Shown: piece after piece, positions 1 to 12,500 of the stretch | How the letters are laid out: each line of letters begins with the position of its first letter | Position numbering within the stretch: the stretch's first letter is position 1 | Origin: the human T2T-CHM13v2.0 reference genome, Homo sapiens | Length of the DNA: 64,000 nt | Reading direction: 5' to 3' (one strand) | NCBI RefSeq assembly: GCF_009914755.1 | Contig: NC_060941.1 | Notes under the pieces: model-generated | The model's database searches: none | The model's input: only the letters and a program-made list of their open reading frames with translations | What the model was told of the DNA's origin: nothing | Program-made: the position numbers and the translations under genes

Positions 1-410
1 CTTTCCACTCAATTTTTATGTAAAATGCTCTAAAAAATAAAGCTTATTACAAAAAAAAGTGATGAGGAAGAATAATAATTCCCTAACTCTCAAAGAATTA
101 CAAATAACATGACCCTTCTGAAAAACAAATAAGATTAAAGAATAGACATGTTCATATAAAATGCTAAAAAACAACAGAAGAAATAGAAAAGCAAGCTGCT
201 GACAGACAGATGGCAGAAAAGTGTGAAAGAGAAGAACAAAATGACAAAATAAAAAAAGAATGAAAATAATTGAATTGTTCAGAGATCAACTAGACAGGCC
301 AAAGGAAATGATACACACATTACAAATTGGAGAACATCTAAGATTTGAAACTATTATACAGAAAAGTATAAGCATGAAAGACAAAGGAGATATATTGGGT
401 TCATAATTAG
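1..410 (+). mobile_element. Ancient L1M-type fragment (probably continues at about 1160-1330 and 2170-2800)
   Basis: A-rich degenerate sequence resembling the ORF1 region of old L1; subfamily not assignable. Confidence 0.4.
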
Positions 411-412
411 TA

Positions 413-1160
413 TAGTCATATATTGCTTAATGACAGGAATACCTCTGAGAAGTGTGTAGTTGGTCATTTTGTTGTTATACAAACATCACAGAGTGTATTT
501 ACATGAACCTAGATGGCATAGCCTACTACACACCTAGGCTATATGGTACAGCCTATTGCTTCTAAGCTACAAACCTGTAGAGCATGTTACTGTACTGAAT
601 ACTGTAGGCAATCGTAGCACAAGGGTGTTTGTGTATCTAAGATACAGTAAAAATAGTATTTTTATTTTTTTTATTATTTTACTTTAAGTTCTAGGGTACA
701 TGTGCACAACGTGCAGGTTTTTTACATATGTATACATGTGCCATGTTGGTGTGCTGCACCCATTAACTCATCATTTACATTAGGTATATCTCCTAATGCT
801 ATCCCTTCCCCCTCCCCCCATCCCCCAGCAGGCCCTGGTGCGTGATGTTCCCCACCCTGTGTCCATGTGTTATCATTGTTCAATTCCCACCTATGAGTGA
901 GAACGTGCGGTGTTTGATTTTCTGTCCCTGTGATAGTTGGCTCAGAATGATGGTTTCCAGCTTCATCCATGTCCCTATAAAGGACATGAACTCATCCTTT
1001 TTTATGGCTGCATAGTATTCCATGGTGTGTATGTGCCACATTTTCTTAATCCAGTCTATCATTGATGGACATTTGGGTTGGTTCCAAAAACACAGTATTA
1101 TAATCTTATGGGACCACTGTCTTATATGTGGTCCTTTTGTTGTTTTGCAGCACATGACCA
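413..1160. mobile_element. Tigger3a/MER7-like DNA transposon (TcMar-Tigger), split by an L1 insertion
   Basis: Diagnostic cctagatggcatagcctactacacacctaggctatatgg...tactgtactgaatactgtaggcaa. It resumes at about 1087 with gtattataatcttatgggaccac; termini are tagtcat.../...catgac. Confidence 0.8.
661..1086 (-). mobile_element. 5'-truncated L1PA 3' end
   Basis: T-rich tail followed by ctttaagttctagggtacatgtgcacaacgtgcagg...; the translated ORF2 C-terminus (WNQPKCPSMIDWIKKMWHIHTMEYYAAIKK) appears in ORF 880..1242. Confidence 0.93.
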
Positions 1161-1632
1161 CATTCTGAAAAATAGAACAAAACAAGCAAAATAGAAAAAA
1201 AAAAAACCTAAAAATATACTCCTTAAGTAGTGAGTAAACCATAAAGCTGGAAACATATTATGTTTCAATTAAAACTGATATGGAAAAGCCACATCAAAAT
1301 AGCTGCTAGTGAAGTTATTCAGCTTTAAAAACAGCAGATAATTTGAGTCACAGTTTTGGAAAAGCATGTTTTGCAAACTTCTTCCCTTGAATTCAACTGT
1401 AAAGATGCCACCGAAGCAAGAGATCCCAGACTTTAGGGTGGGGAAAACACCAGAAACCTTAGGAAGGTAGAAGGTTTTTGTATTTCATTGTGGGGAAGAA
1501 AAATGGTACCTAAAGTAGAAGGGGGCCAGTTACCACCATAGGAAATAGGTGAAGGAGGAGCTTTGTTCCCCCATCACCTCCCCTACATGTAACTACAAGG
1601 TAAGGAAGCAGCAATTAGAAATTACAGTGCTA

Positions 1633-1933
1633 GCTGGGGTGTGGTGGCTCACACCTATAATCCCAGCACTCTGGGAGGCCAAGGCAGGAGGATTGCTTGA
1701 GTCCAGGAGTTAGAGACCAGCCTGGGCAACATAGTGAGACTCCATCTCCACAAAAAATAAGCAAAATTATCTGCGTGTGGTAGCACACACCAGAAGTCTC
1801 AGCTACTCAGGAGGCTGAGGCGGGAGCATTGCTTAAACCCAGAGTTCAAGGCTATAATGAGCCATGATGGCACACTGCACTCCAGCCTGGGTGACAGAGT
1901 GAGACCCTGTCTCAAAAAAGAAAAGAAAAGAAA
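1633..1933 (+). mobile_element. Alu (AluJ-like)
   Basis: Dimeric Alu with ggaggattgcttgagtccagg and an A tail. Confidence 0.92.
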
Positions 1934-2751
1934 TAATATACCCTGAGCTCAGGTACTTGAAGTTTCCCTGACAGTGGGAGTCATCTGAAGTTAGTAGGAA
2001 GAAGGTTCCATAGGTAGTAGTTGAGCCTCATTGACAACACCAGAGTTCCCGTTACCCTAAAAAAACAAGTGGAGGGGGCACAGGCTATGGCCTGGGATTT
2101 TTGTCCTTCCCAACTAAATATTGTCTGCTAAGCAGCTGATAGCCCCCAGGAACATGAGCTCACTGAGAAAAAAAAATAGACAATTGAGGCATGCAAACTA
2201 ACAGTCAAAAAATAGACATGCTGGATATAACACATACATTGGTTGAAATAAAATATTCAATGGATGTGAGAAAATGCGGAATGGATACAAAGAATGAACT
2301 AGCAACATCCTTTGCAAGTAGAGAACAAAACAAGTTTCAGTCAATTCTAAGTGGAAAGAAATAGTACGTTATAACCAAAGATTCTCTACTCTGTCAAATT
2401 TTTCATCAAGTATTAAAGGCAACAGACAGATATTCTCAAGCAGGTAAGACAACAAAAAGTACAGCATCCATGAATACTTCTCAAACAACATCGAACATTA
2501 ACCAATCATTCCATGAACTCCAGCCAACTATAAATTAGTATCAAAAATGAAGTTCTCAGATTTCTTCGCTCCTGTGAGTCACATAAACATAAAACTAAAA
2601 GTAGAGAACTCCAGGAATGGTAGTTAAGACTACAAATATTATCAATCTTGATAGAGTAAAATAAAGTGTACACTGCTTCATTTTAAGTTGGAAGGATGAA
2701 AACAAGTATGTATGCTTATTTACCCAGTTTTTAAAATTAAGGAGTGAATAA

Positions 2752-3110
<359 letters not shown>

Positions 3111-3169
3111 TGCACTTTCTTCTTAACTTTAGAGGTACCATTTAGGAAACCATACTCCGGCGACATTGG

Positions 3170-3259
3170 AGCGGTTCCGATGCCCGCCCGGAAGAGAGCG
3201 CTCTGGCCCAGGCATCGCAGCTGCGGGACAGCCGGGAGCGGAGCAGGGGGCAGCCGCGG
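3170..3259 (-). repeat. 90-bp inverted copy of 5583-5672 (85/90 identical)
   Basis: Direct alignment to the reverse complement of CpG island sequence. Confidence 0.95.
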
Positions 3260-3734
3260 AAAGGAAAATGTGTTTAGAGGTAAGGAAAGGAAATGCTCCA
3301 AGGGATAAAGAGACATTTATAACTTCAATCATTTTTAAGTTGACGTTACCTGTAGTCAGTGTTTCTAAGAAACATACACTGATAGAGAGCGATCACCCAT
3401 ATGACAGAACATTGCTCTTTAATGCTGCCATTTGGGAAAAGAAAGGAGGGGAGGAGAGGAATGTACACTTTTTTGCTTTTATTCGCAAACAATGTTTGGC
3501 AGTTTGGGGTCAGAGAGAGCCATATTCTGTATTTCTTACACATTTGATCCTTTGCAGGGCTTGTATAAATTTTTCATCATTGAAGAAAAAAACTAGCTTA
3601 ATAAAAAGAAAATGACAGGTGAAAGGTAAAAACTGTTCATATATTTTGCTATGAAGAGAAGCAAAAAAAAAAAAAAAAAAAAAAAAAAGGAGTATGTCTG
3701 GATGCTGATGGTAACCATACTTTAGAGAAGGACG

Positions 3735-4133
3735 GGTGCAGGTTGGGTTCCTGAGGAAATGTACAGGAAGCATATAAACCAATGCATACAGCACCTGCAC
3801 CTGTAGAAGGAAGGAGGAGGAAGCAGGTGTGGGCAGGGGGAGAAGGTCAGCTGTGGTGGAACCCAACACCCTTTGCCCGCCTCACAAGAAGCTCTGGAGA
3901 TTGAACAGCCCTTCAGAGATGTCTGAAGTTGGGCTGGGAAGAGCAAACCTTTAGCTTCTACATCAGTCACTGGCCGGGGGTCACCTGCGAAGCAGCATAC
4001 GTACCCTTCAGCCTAGATGCTTTCCGCAATCGTGGAGAGGCGGACTGCAGGAGGCTGTGCTGACAGCACGCCAGCAGCTGGGGCAGCAAGTCCTTCACTG
4101 ATGCAGTGCTGGTGGCCCATCAGTGTCTGCCAC
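3735..4133 (-). mobile_element. LTR16-like ERVL solo LTR
   Basis: gaagctctggagattgaacagcccttcagagatgtctg and ccagcagctggggcagcaagtccttca resemble LTR16; ends ...ctgccaca. Confidence 0.5.
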
Positions 4134-5359
4134 AGGGAGATGGCTCAGGGATGAGGAGATGGCAAAGGCTGAGAAGCGAAACACTACTGGGGTTCACTGT
4201 GCTGGAACTAGCCTGCAGCTTCCTCCACTATAACAAGGGTGGAGTGCCAACTGGTGTGGAGGTTTGGTGGTGGAAGGGATAGATCATCCCCTGTCAGCAT
4301 CTACATGCTCAAAGAAACTTTGAGAAATGTTATCTCTTGCAGGAGAGAAGGCTAAGAAATGTTTGTCTCAGAGACTGGGAAAGCGGGTCTTCTGGGGACA
4401 CTTAGGAGAGTTGCAGGGCACGTTTATATGCTTATAGAAGTGGGAAAATTAAAGGAGGACGAGTCATCTCTATCACATTTTCCTCCATCAACTCAGTGGC
4501 TCAGGCTAGGAAACTTGAAGGCAGAATTGTCCTGGAGGATTTCCAATGCTAGAAGCATCATGAAGGAAGAGAGGGGCTGGAGGTATTTGTAGGAGAAGAG
4601 GACAAATGGAGGACCACAGATGGCTGGTGGTACTGAGGCTCAGAAATGTTGTACAGCTTGAGCAGATTCGGAAAAGCAATGCAGCTCTGGTGTATCATAT
4701 GCCAGGGTCCTGGCATGACACCCTCCACTAGGTAAATAGAGGAGCATGGGACTTACAAAGGAGCTGGAGGAGAAGAGGACACCCAGGAACGGCGTAGTGC
4801 CTTGGCTCTGGTAAGTGGGAGCTGTCCTTGCCATCCTAGGCCTGAAGCGGGAGGAGAGCAATCATAAGAGAACCAAGGGACTGTCAGGCTGTGCGGAGAG
4901 GACTTCCGAACAGGGGCCTGGACTTCCAGGTGGGGGAAGCAGCCAGCCCTTCAGGAGCCAGCCAGGAGACAGCGTGCGGAATAGGGGCCTCTCCCTCAGA
5001 CTCCCCATCCTTCGATTCCCTGTCCCTTTCTCTAGGAGACAAGGGAGGCTCCGGAGCAGGATGCCGCGTGGAAGAATTTGGAATCAGCGCACACCCCTAC
5101 TCCTCATGACACAAGTCATCAAACCAACCAGGGCGTCAAAATCTTATTTATAAGCTAAGAGCATCCATCCTTCTGTAGTTTGCAGAGGGCTCCTCATACA
5201 TGGCAGCGCTTCCTGTGACAATCCCAGAGGGTCCAACTGGAACTGGAAAGTGCACCATTCCCAAGGAGCAGTGGGAGCTCGCTCTGGGAAGAGTTTCTTC
5301 CCTCTCCGCGGAGCCTTCCAGCCACTCTTACAAGGAATTTCTCATCCCTGCAGTCGGCT

Positions 5360-6860
5360 TGGCCAGCAGCAGCCGCGGGGCTGCGCCAGTGCCCGCCTCT
5401 GGCCAGGGGTTCCCGCGCCTCGAGCAGCGCCCTGGGCCCTTCTACGGGAAGAGGGGATCGCGGCGCCCGCGACACCCAGGAGCTCGGACGACCGCAGCCT
5501 CACCACTAACCCCCAACAAAGGTACAGCGGGAGTCCAGGCCGAGATAAAGTTCCCTTCCCAGTCCGCTGGGGAGACAACTGGCCGCGGCTGCCCTCTGCT
5601 CCGCTCCCGGCTGTCCCGCAGCTGCGAGGCCGGGGCCAGAGCGCTCCCTTCCGGGCGGGCATCGGAGCCGCTGCGGCGCCGACCGCCCTTCACGACCGGG
5701 CCGCTGGAGAAGGCGGAGCGAGCTCGCAGCTGCTAACCCCCGAGGGGCCGCCTCGCTGGCGAGGGGAGCGGGAGGAAGGTCCGGATTCCGGTGGCAGGAA
5801 CTGGGGCTCTGGGCCACCGGTTCAGGCTGCCCCAGGAAATGCCTGCTTTGCGGTGCCGCAGAGGGTATAGAGGAGCTCGGCCCCAGAGGGTGGCTGTTGG
5901 GGAGGCGGAGCTGGCCGCAGGCTGGAGCAGCTGCGGAGCCTCCCATCCCGAGCCTAGAATCGGAGAAATTTCAGGCGGAAAATACTGCGGGGATGGTTTG
6001 GCTCAAGTCTCCCATTCTACAGATGTGAAATTTTAGAGTGACCCGACTGGGGTCGCACAGAGGGCTGTTGGCAGCAGGACCTGGGGGAAGAGCGAGAGGA
6101 GAGGGCCCCCGTGGCGGCCCTGCCCTGTCCTAAAGGAGAGGGGCTGCCTCCCAGATGAGAGCCCTGAGAGGCCCTAGCTGCGCACCCTATTCGGTAATAC
6201 CAAATAAACCAACCAAAATAAAACATAAACCTTATAGACGTGCTGAAATACAATTCTCTCCTTTCTACATTTCCGAATACAAACATTTTGAATGAGTTTA
6301 TCAGAGGTAAACCTTTCCCTCGGTTTTAGTGGTGGCAGTTTGCTGATGCCCAGGGTCCAAGCGTGGGGAACCCCGCACTGCTGAGCAAAGGTTAAGGGCA
6401 GAAGCTCAAACTGGGTTCACGGTTAATTTGGCTACCAGCTCTGTCCAGGTTTGAGCCTCGGGTTCTGCATCTGCGGAATGGGAAGACGGTTGGGAGAGAT
6501 GGCCTTTGCCAAGGGTGGACCGAGAGCGACCGCCGCGCGTGGGAATTTCACGGCACAGCCTACGACTCTCTAGAGCAATGGGAGGATCAGCTAGGTGGGC
6601 AAAAGGGCCAAAGCGTCAGTTCGCCGCCCAGGTCGTCCTCTGGCGCCGCTTCCCAGCCCGCCCAGGCGCTGTCCAGGCCCCAGACGACCCTCCGACCTTG
6701 TGCCGGGAAGGCCCCGCGGCGCGGTGCGCACCGCGAACTCCCCTGTGGTTCTCAATAGTTGGAATTGAAAGGACGCCGGGTGGGTCCGGCCCGAGACTTA
6801 GCTGTGGGAGCTCAGCTCTGCGCTGCAGTCAGAGCAATTTCCGACGCCCACATCTTTACC
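5360..6860. promoter_or_regulatory. Upstream CpG-rich region (dense at about 5360-6170 and 6510-6860)
   Basis: High GC and CpG density in non-Alu sequence. Confidence 0.8.
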
Positions 6861-7429
6861 TCTACTCCCTCCTTCCGTTAATCCACCCCCGGAAAAAAGA
6901 AACGCCAAATGTATTCAGCTGCCTCAATTTGTAATTGCTCACTTATTAGACTTTACTAATCCTCAGGACAGGGACCTTTTATATTGGGATTGTCAAAATC
7001 CTTAAAACACTGAAAGACTCACACCCAGGCAAGCCTGAAGTTAGCCACATGGGAGCTACAGTTCGCCCAACACACACCTATACAACATGAATTTTCCACC
7101 TAAATAACATAAAATTTGAAGACACTCCCTACGGAGACACTATTTTCTCCTCACATTTCCAAATAGAGTCGGGCTAGTGCTCAGAAATATATTTGTTCTC
7201 ATGTTTTAGAAGTTTAAAATAAATGGATTAGATTATCAAATTAAGAGCGAATAAGTCACTTCGAAGAACAAACACAACGTTCCAGTGAGACACGGAAAGA
7301 AAAGCTAGAAAGAAGTTATTGCTGAGAATATAAAAGCGGGAGGGAAATCCTCTGTCTAATTTATTTCTCCCTCAACAGTTTTGTAAGAAAACGTCTTGGG
7401 CTCAAAGTAGTTGCAAAGAAGTCTCCCGT

Positions 7430-8060
7430 AGCACAGCCGGGGCGCACGGGTCCGGTGCTGGCAGCTGTGCTATCTGAATCCTCTCTGGCCATTACCGCTG
7501 CTCAGGCACATTTTCAAACCAGGGGTGCTAACGTCAATCTGGCTTTCTGCGTTTGCTTCCGACGAGGGGGGACCGGACCCAGGGTGGGGCTGCGTAAACT
7601 CGGGGACACTTGGGAACATTTACTCAGGAAGTGAGAGGGGCCGGCTGCTGGTGGCTGGTCCTGGACAGAGTGGTCGAGGGACCAGGGCTCAGGTCGGTTC
7701 CGCTGCGCCCGCCGTCGCCGACAGTGAAGTAAGTACAGTGCGGGCGGCGGCTCCCGGTGAGTCACTTCGTGAGTGACACTCAGCCCCGGGGGTCGCGCTG
7801 GGGTCGGAGCCGGAAGGAATGTTCTGTCCCCGGAACCGCTTGCAGCCAGGAGTTGGAGGCCCTCTGGCCCCGCAGAGGCTGGGTTGCAGGCATCGAAAAC
7901 TTCCTGAACACGACCAGTAAGAATTTGATCTCGAGCTTCCGAACTCCAAACGCCTGGGCAAGAATTCAGCAAAGCGCAGCACCGCTCACCCGCACTTCCC
8001 CCAGCTAGCGGTTGCTGTTTCTTGGAAGACGCGTTTATCCGCCCCAGTCCCGGGTGGGTG
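7430..8060. promoter_or_regulatory. Upstream CpG island with AP-1 site (TGAGTCA 7758-7764) and ETS core
   Basis: CpG-dense; motifs read directly. Confidence 0.7.
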
Positions 8061-8543
8061 GGTCATTTTGCCAAAGAAAATGTGGTTGGGGGTGACTTCG
8101 AGTAGACTTTCACTATTAAATAAGTGCACCTCAGTGATGGATTTGTTCCAAATTGATGTTTGACTTTTAAAAAAGCGGTGGTGAATGACAACACGAAACA
8201 ATCAGTGTCACAGGTTAGCAAATCACACTGTCTCCTAAATTAAGGCAAATGTTGGCTTTATATCTATTCAGGAAAAAGGGGGAGATGGAAAGTTTTCTCA
8301 AACCTAACGTCTCCAACAAACTCATATCCAGATAAAACTTCCTACACATGACTCCCACGCACATGTTTCGACCAGGAAACTTTTGTTTACCAGACTCTCT
8401 TCCTGGTAATTTCTCCTGTCTCTTTTCCCCTCCCCAACCTACTTTCGGCAGTTTGGAAGGCTGGAGATTTTTGTTAAGGACACTTTACACTAATCTCAGT
8501 TAACCGGCAGGCCAAGCTAACCTGGCAAAGAATAAGAAGGAAA

Positions 8544-8544
<1 letters not shown>

Positions 8545-8588
<44 letters not shown>
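8545..8588. repeat. (AC)22 microsatellite
   Basis: Perfect 44-nt dinucleotide run. Confidence 0.97.
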
Positions 8589-8590
<2 letters not shown>

Positions 8591-8959
8591 CAGCGATTTC
8601 CAAACATCCTTTCTACTTAAACTTCCTAATCCCGTGCCTGTCCCAGAAGGGTCTCCGAATGAGTCCCCGGCGTGGGTTGGGGGGGGGGGTTCCAGTGCCT
8701 AGTGCATCTCCTACCCTGCTCTCCCTCCTCCAACCGCCTCCCTACTCTGCAACACGTAAGCATCACGAAACCTCCTGCGAAACATCTGGATGGGGACTGG
8801 TGTCCCAACATCTGGGCAACTACCGCCAAGGCTGGCTTCTAGGGAACGAGTGCGGAAATGCGTGCGGGTGTGGGAGCGCACCACTCAGTAGGGTAGGACC
8901 TCTCCCAGCGCTAGGTCACTGCAGCATTCTTCCCACCATCTGCTCCTGTCACCAGCCCC

Positions 8960-9110
8960 TAACTCCGCCCCTTTGGGCCCGCCCCTTGTTCCGAAGCCAA
9001 TAGCAACCCCTGACCGCCCTACACCGCCCAGAAGCCTTTCCACACCCCCTCGTCCTGGGAGCGGGTTGGCTGCTGAGCTCTCGGAGAAGCGCCTGTATTT
9101 GCATGGCGTT
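8960..9110 (+). promoter_or_regulatory. TATA-less proximal promoter of HS3ST3B1
   Basis: Four CCGCCC GC boxes (8965, 8979, 9014, 9024), CCAAT at 8997-9001 and octamer ATTTGCAT at 9097-9104, at the edge of the exon 1 CpG island. Confidence 0.65.
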
Positions 9111-9189
9111 CGGGGTTTTTGGTAGGTAGAGCAGCCCGTCACTCTGGAAGGCCGGGACCGCCCACTCCACCTCGGTCCACAGCTCTCTT

Positions 9190-10187
<998 letters not shown>

Positions 10188-11599
10188 TGAGTTTCCCTGC
10201 CAGGGGCAGGGTCTCCATCGTCGATTCAGACCCTGAGCTAAGGGAGACATGGCGTATGATAGGGAATTGGCAGGGTTACAGCTTCGGACCACCCGGGGTA
10301 GGGCAGGGAAACTACGGCAGATTGCGCAGCGCATCCTGTCCGGGTGCGGTGAGGGTTGCGCTCCGCTTGGTTCTCGTCACAACCCACAGAAAGTTCTCGC
10401 GGAGCACTGGTGCCCTTGAATTCATCAGGCGACCTCGCCGCAAAGAAGAAGGGCAGCGACTGAGACCGCCCTCAGCAAAGCGAGCCACCCTCTAACCATG
10501 GGGGTATCCGACTCGAATCGTATTTTATGACTCGTTTTAAATTTTTTCCTCCCGGAGCCCGAGACGCTGGGAATGTTCTGAGCCCCTTTGGTCGGTCTCC
10601 GCCCTCAACGAACTTCTAGAGCAGCTTCTGCTTCCCAGATGGGGAGAGGGGGTGGGGGCCGCGGCGTCCCGGCGAGGCCGCAGAGTCTGTTAACTTTTTG
10701 TTACAGTCCGCCTGGTTACCGGAACCCCAAGGGTGTCAGACCCGCCTCGCTCGCGAGCCGCCTGGGCTCGGGAGGGTGAGCCGGGCGGGTGGCCCGGCGC
10801 CTCCGCCTGGCGGGCGGGCGGCGCGCGGAGCGTGGAGCTGTGCTGGTCCCTGTCGGGCAAAGGCGCGCACTGCAACCGGCTGGAGCGGCGCGAGGCTTTG
10901 AAGGCGTCCGGGCCTCCGGGCACCGCCGCCCGTTTCCGCCTCCCTGCCCTCGGTGCTGGGATAGGGAAAGCAAGGACGCGTGTCTCCGCGGGGCTTTTAC
11001 ACGTCCGGAGCAAAGAATATTCGGGGCCCATTGATTGAGAAATGAGGGTTGCTTCGAGGTCGCGGCTTCCGGAAATTCTGTTCTCGAGTCGGGTTGCGGG
11101 TCAGGTTCCAAAGGGACAGTGGCCCCGGGGTCACAATCACTACCTCTGCCCACTGCTTTCCGCAGCTGCTGGTCTTTGGGGTGAGCTGTTGGGTTGCCCG
11201 AGCTTCGGGTAAGGCGCGAGTGGGCAGGAGGTCTAGATTTCGGCCTCCGATAACTGTCTTCGACTAGGGGCCCAGGTAACGACCCCCACATTTTCGTTGG
11301 GGTCTCCACCCGTAACCCCAGCCAGCACGACATTCAGACACCCCTCCAGGCCCAATTAGCTTCACAGACGCTCAAGACTTGGGAAAACAAAAGAGGAGAA
11401 GATAACTGAACCCCTCTCCCTGTGCCCACCCCACTGTCGGGACCTGGGTGGGTTGGAGAATAAAAGAGGGCTGACCCCGCGGATTAAAACGGCTCCCTTC
11501 CCAGCCTCGTCCTACCCCTTCCCCTTTGTCCTTAATGGTTTTTTATTATTGTCAGGAGTTGCCCAAGTCTCGAGGTTTAGCCAACCGTGACAGTCATCT

Positions 11600-12500
11600 T
11601 TCCCACCGTTCCCGGGCTGTGACCCATTCTCGGGACACTGGTGGATAAGAATGGGGTCTCTGGAGTCCGACGCCTGGATTCACGTCCTGGCTAGTCGCGT
11701 GAACCTTGGTGCTCTCATCTGTGCAGTGGGAATAATGCAGGTTCTGGGCAGGGATGGGAAGAGTGAATGCGCTGGTACGGTAAGGTGCCTCGCAGGCACG
11801 TGAGGGCCTCTCTAATCGTTAGCTATTGTCACCGATTGTATTGTTATGACTTCTACCACCACCACTCCCCCTCCTCCTGGGATGGTGATTCCAGGGCCAG
11901 GCGGCAGGCTATAACTAGCGCCCTTCCAGGTGGAACCCGCCAGAGCCCCGAGGCAGCCTAGGATTTTCTGAGATCAGACACACTTGGGCCGGGTTGGGAG
12001 GAACTGGCAGGAAAAGGACTGAACCCTTAATGTCAGGCGGTTTTGAAGCACCTGGGGCAAGCTATGGAAATCCCCACAGGAAGGCTCACGCAGTCTCTTA
12101 GGCGGCTGCCCTCCACCTGCCACGTTCTTTTTGATTGACTAAAAAACGCTGAATGAAGAACGAAGTCGCGTGGAAACCCTCGCCGCGCGCCTGCAGCGGA
12201 CAGCGCAGCCCGGGAGGTTCGGCTGCGGACTTGCGCCCGGGGGCTGCGCTGCGAGCGGCCACGCATGGCGGCTGGACCCGGGCGGCCGCAAGGGCTTGGC
12301 TGGGCCGCGGGAGGCGGGAGGTTCTTCGTCCTCCCGAGCCATCTCCCTGAACTGACAAGCAGGACTCCCGGGTCCAGGGGGCACAGGGCCCGGGGCGGTG
12401 ACCCGGCGGATCGGGCTGCCGGAGGAGCCCACTGTAAATGCCGCAACTGGCCCCAAACACTGCGTTCCTGGACTGCACCAGCAGCTCCTGGCGCGGCCGC
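11600..12500. promoter_or_regulatory. Intronic CpG island with canonical NF-kB site GGAAATCCCC (12066-12075)
   Basis: CpG-dense; the motif is the reverse complement of GGGGATTTCC. Confidence 0.75.
11640..11830 (+). mobile_element. MIR inside a CpG island
   Basis: ctctggagtccgacgcctggattc...ctcatctgtgcagtgggaataat...aatcgttagctatt follows the MIR layout. Confidence 0.6.

Noticed and set aside
880-1242. ORF with an L1 ORF2 C-terminal peptide
   Set aside because: It comes from a 5'-truncated L1 remnant of about 430 bp and is not a gene.
4699-4716. Palindrome atgccagg-gt-cctggcat
   Set aside because: Arms of 8 bp are expected by chance in 64 kb.
5194-6934. Many overlapping 100-200 aa ORFs in the upstream CpG islands (likewise at 10.7-12.6 kb and 17.0-18.3 kb)
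   Set aside because: These are GC-rich stop-poor frames on both strands with no recognisable domain.
8135-8210. Pbx-Hox-like TGATGGAT with nearby TGACA/TGTCA
   Set aside because: The motifs are too short to support without conservation or binding data.
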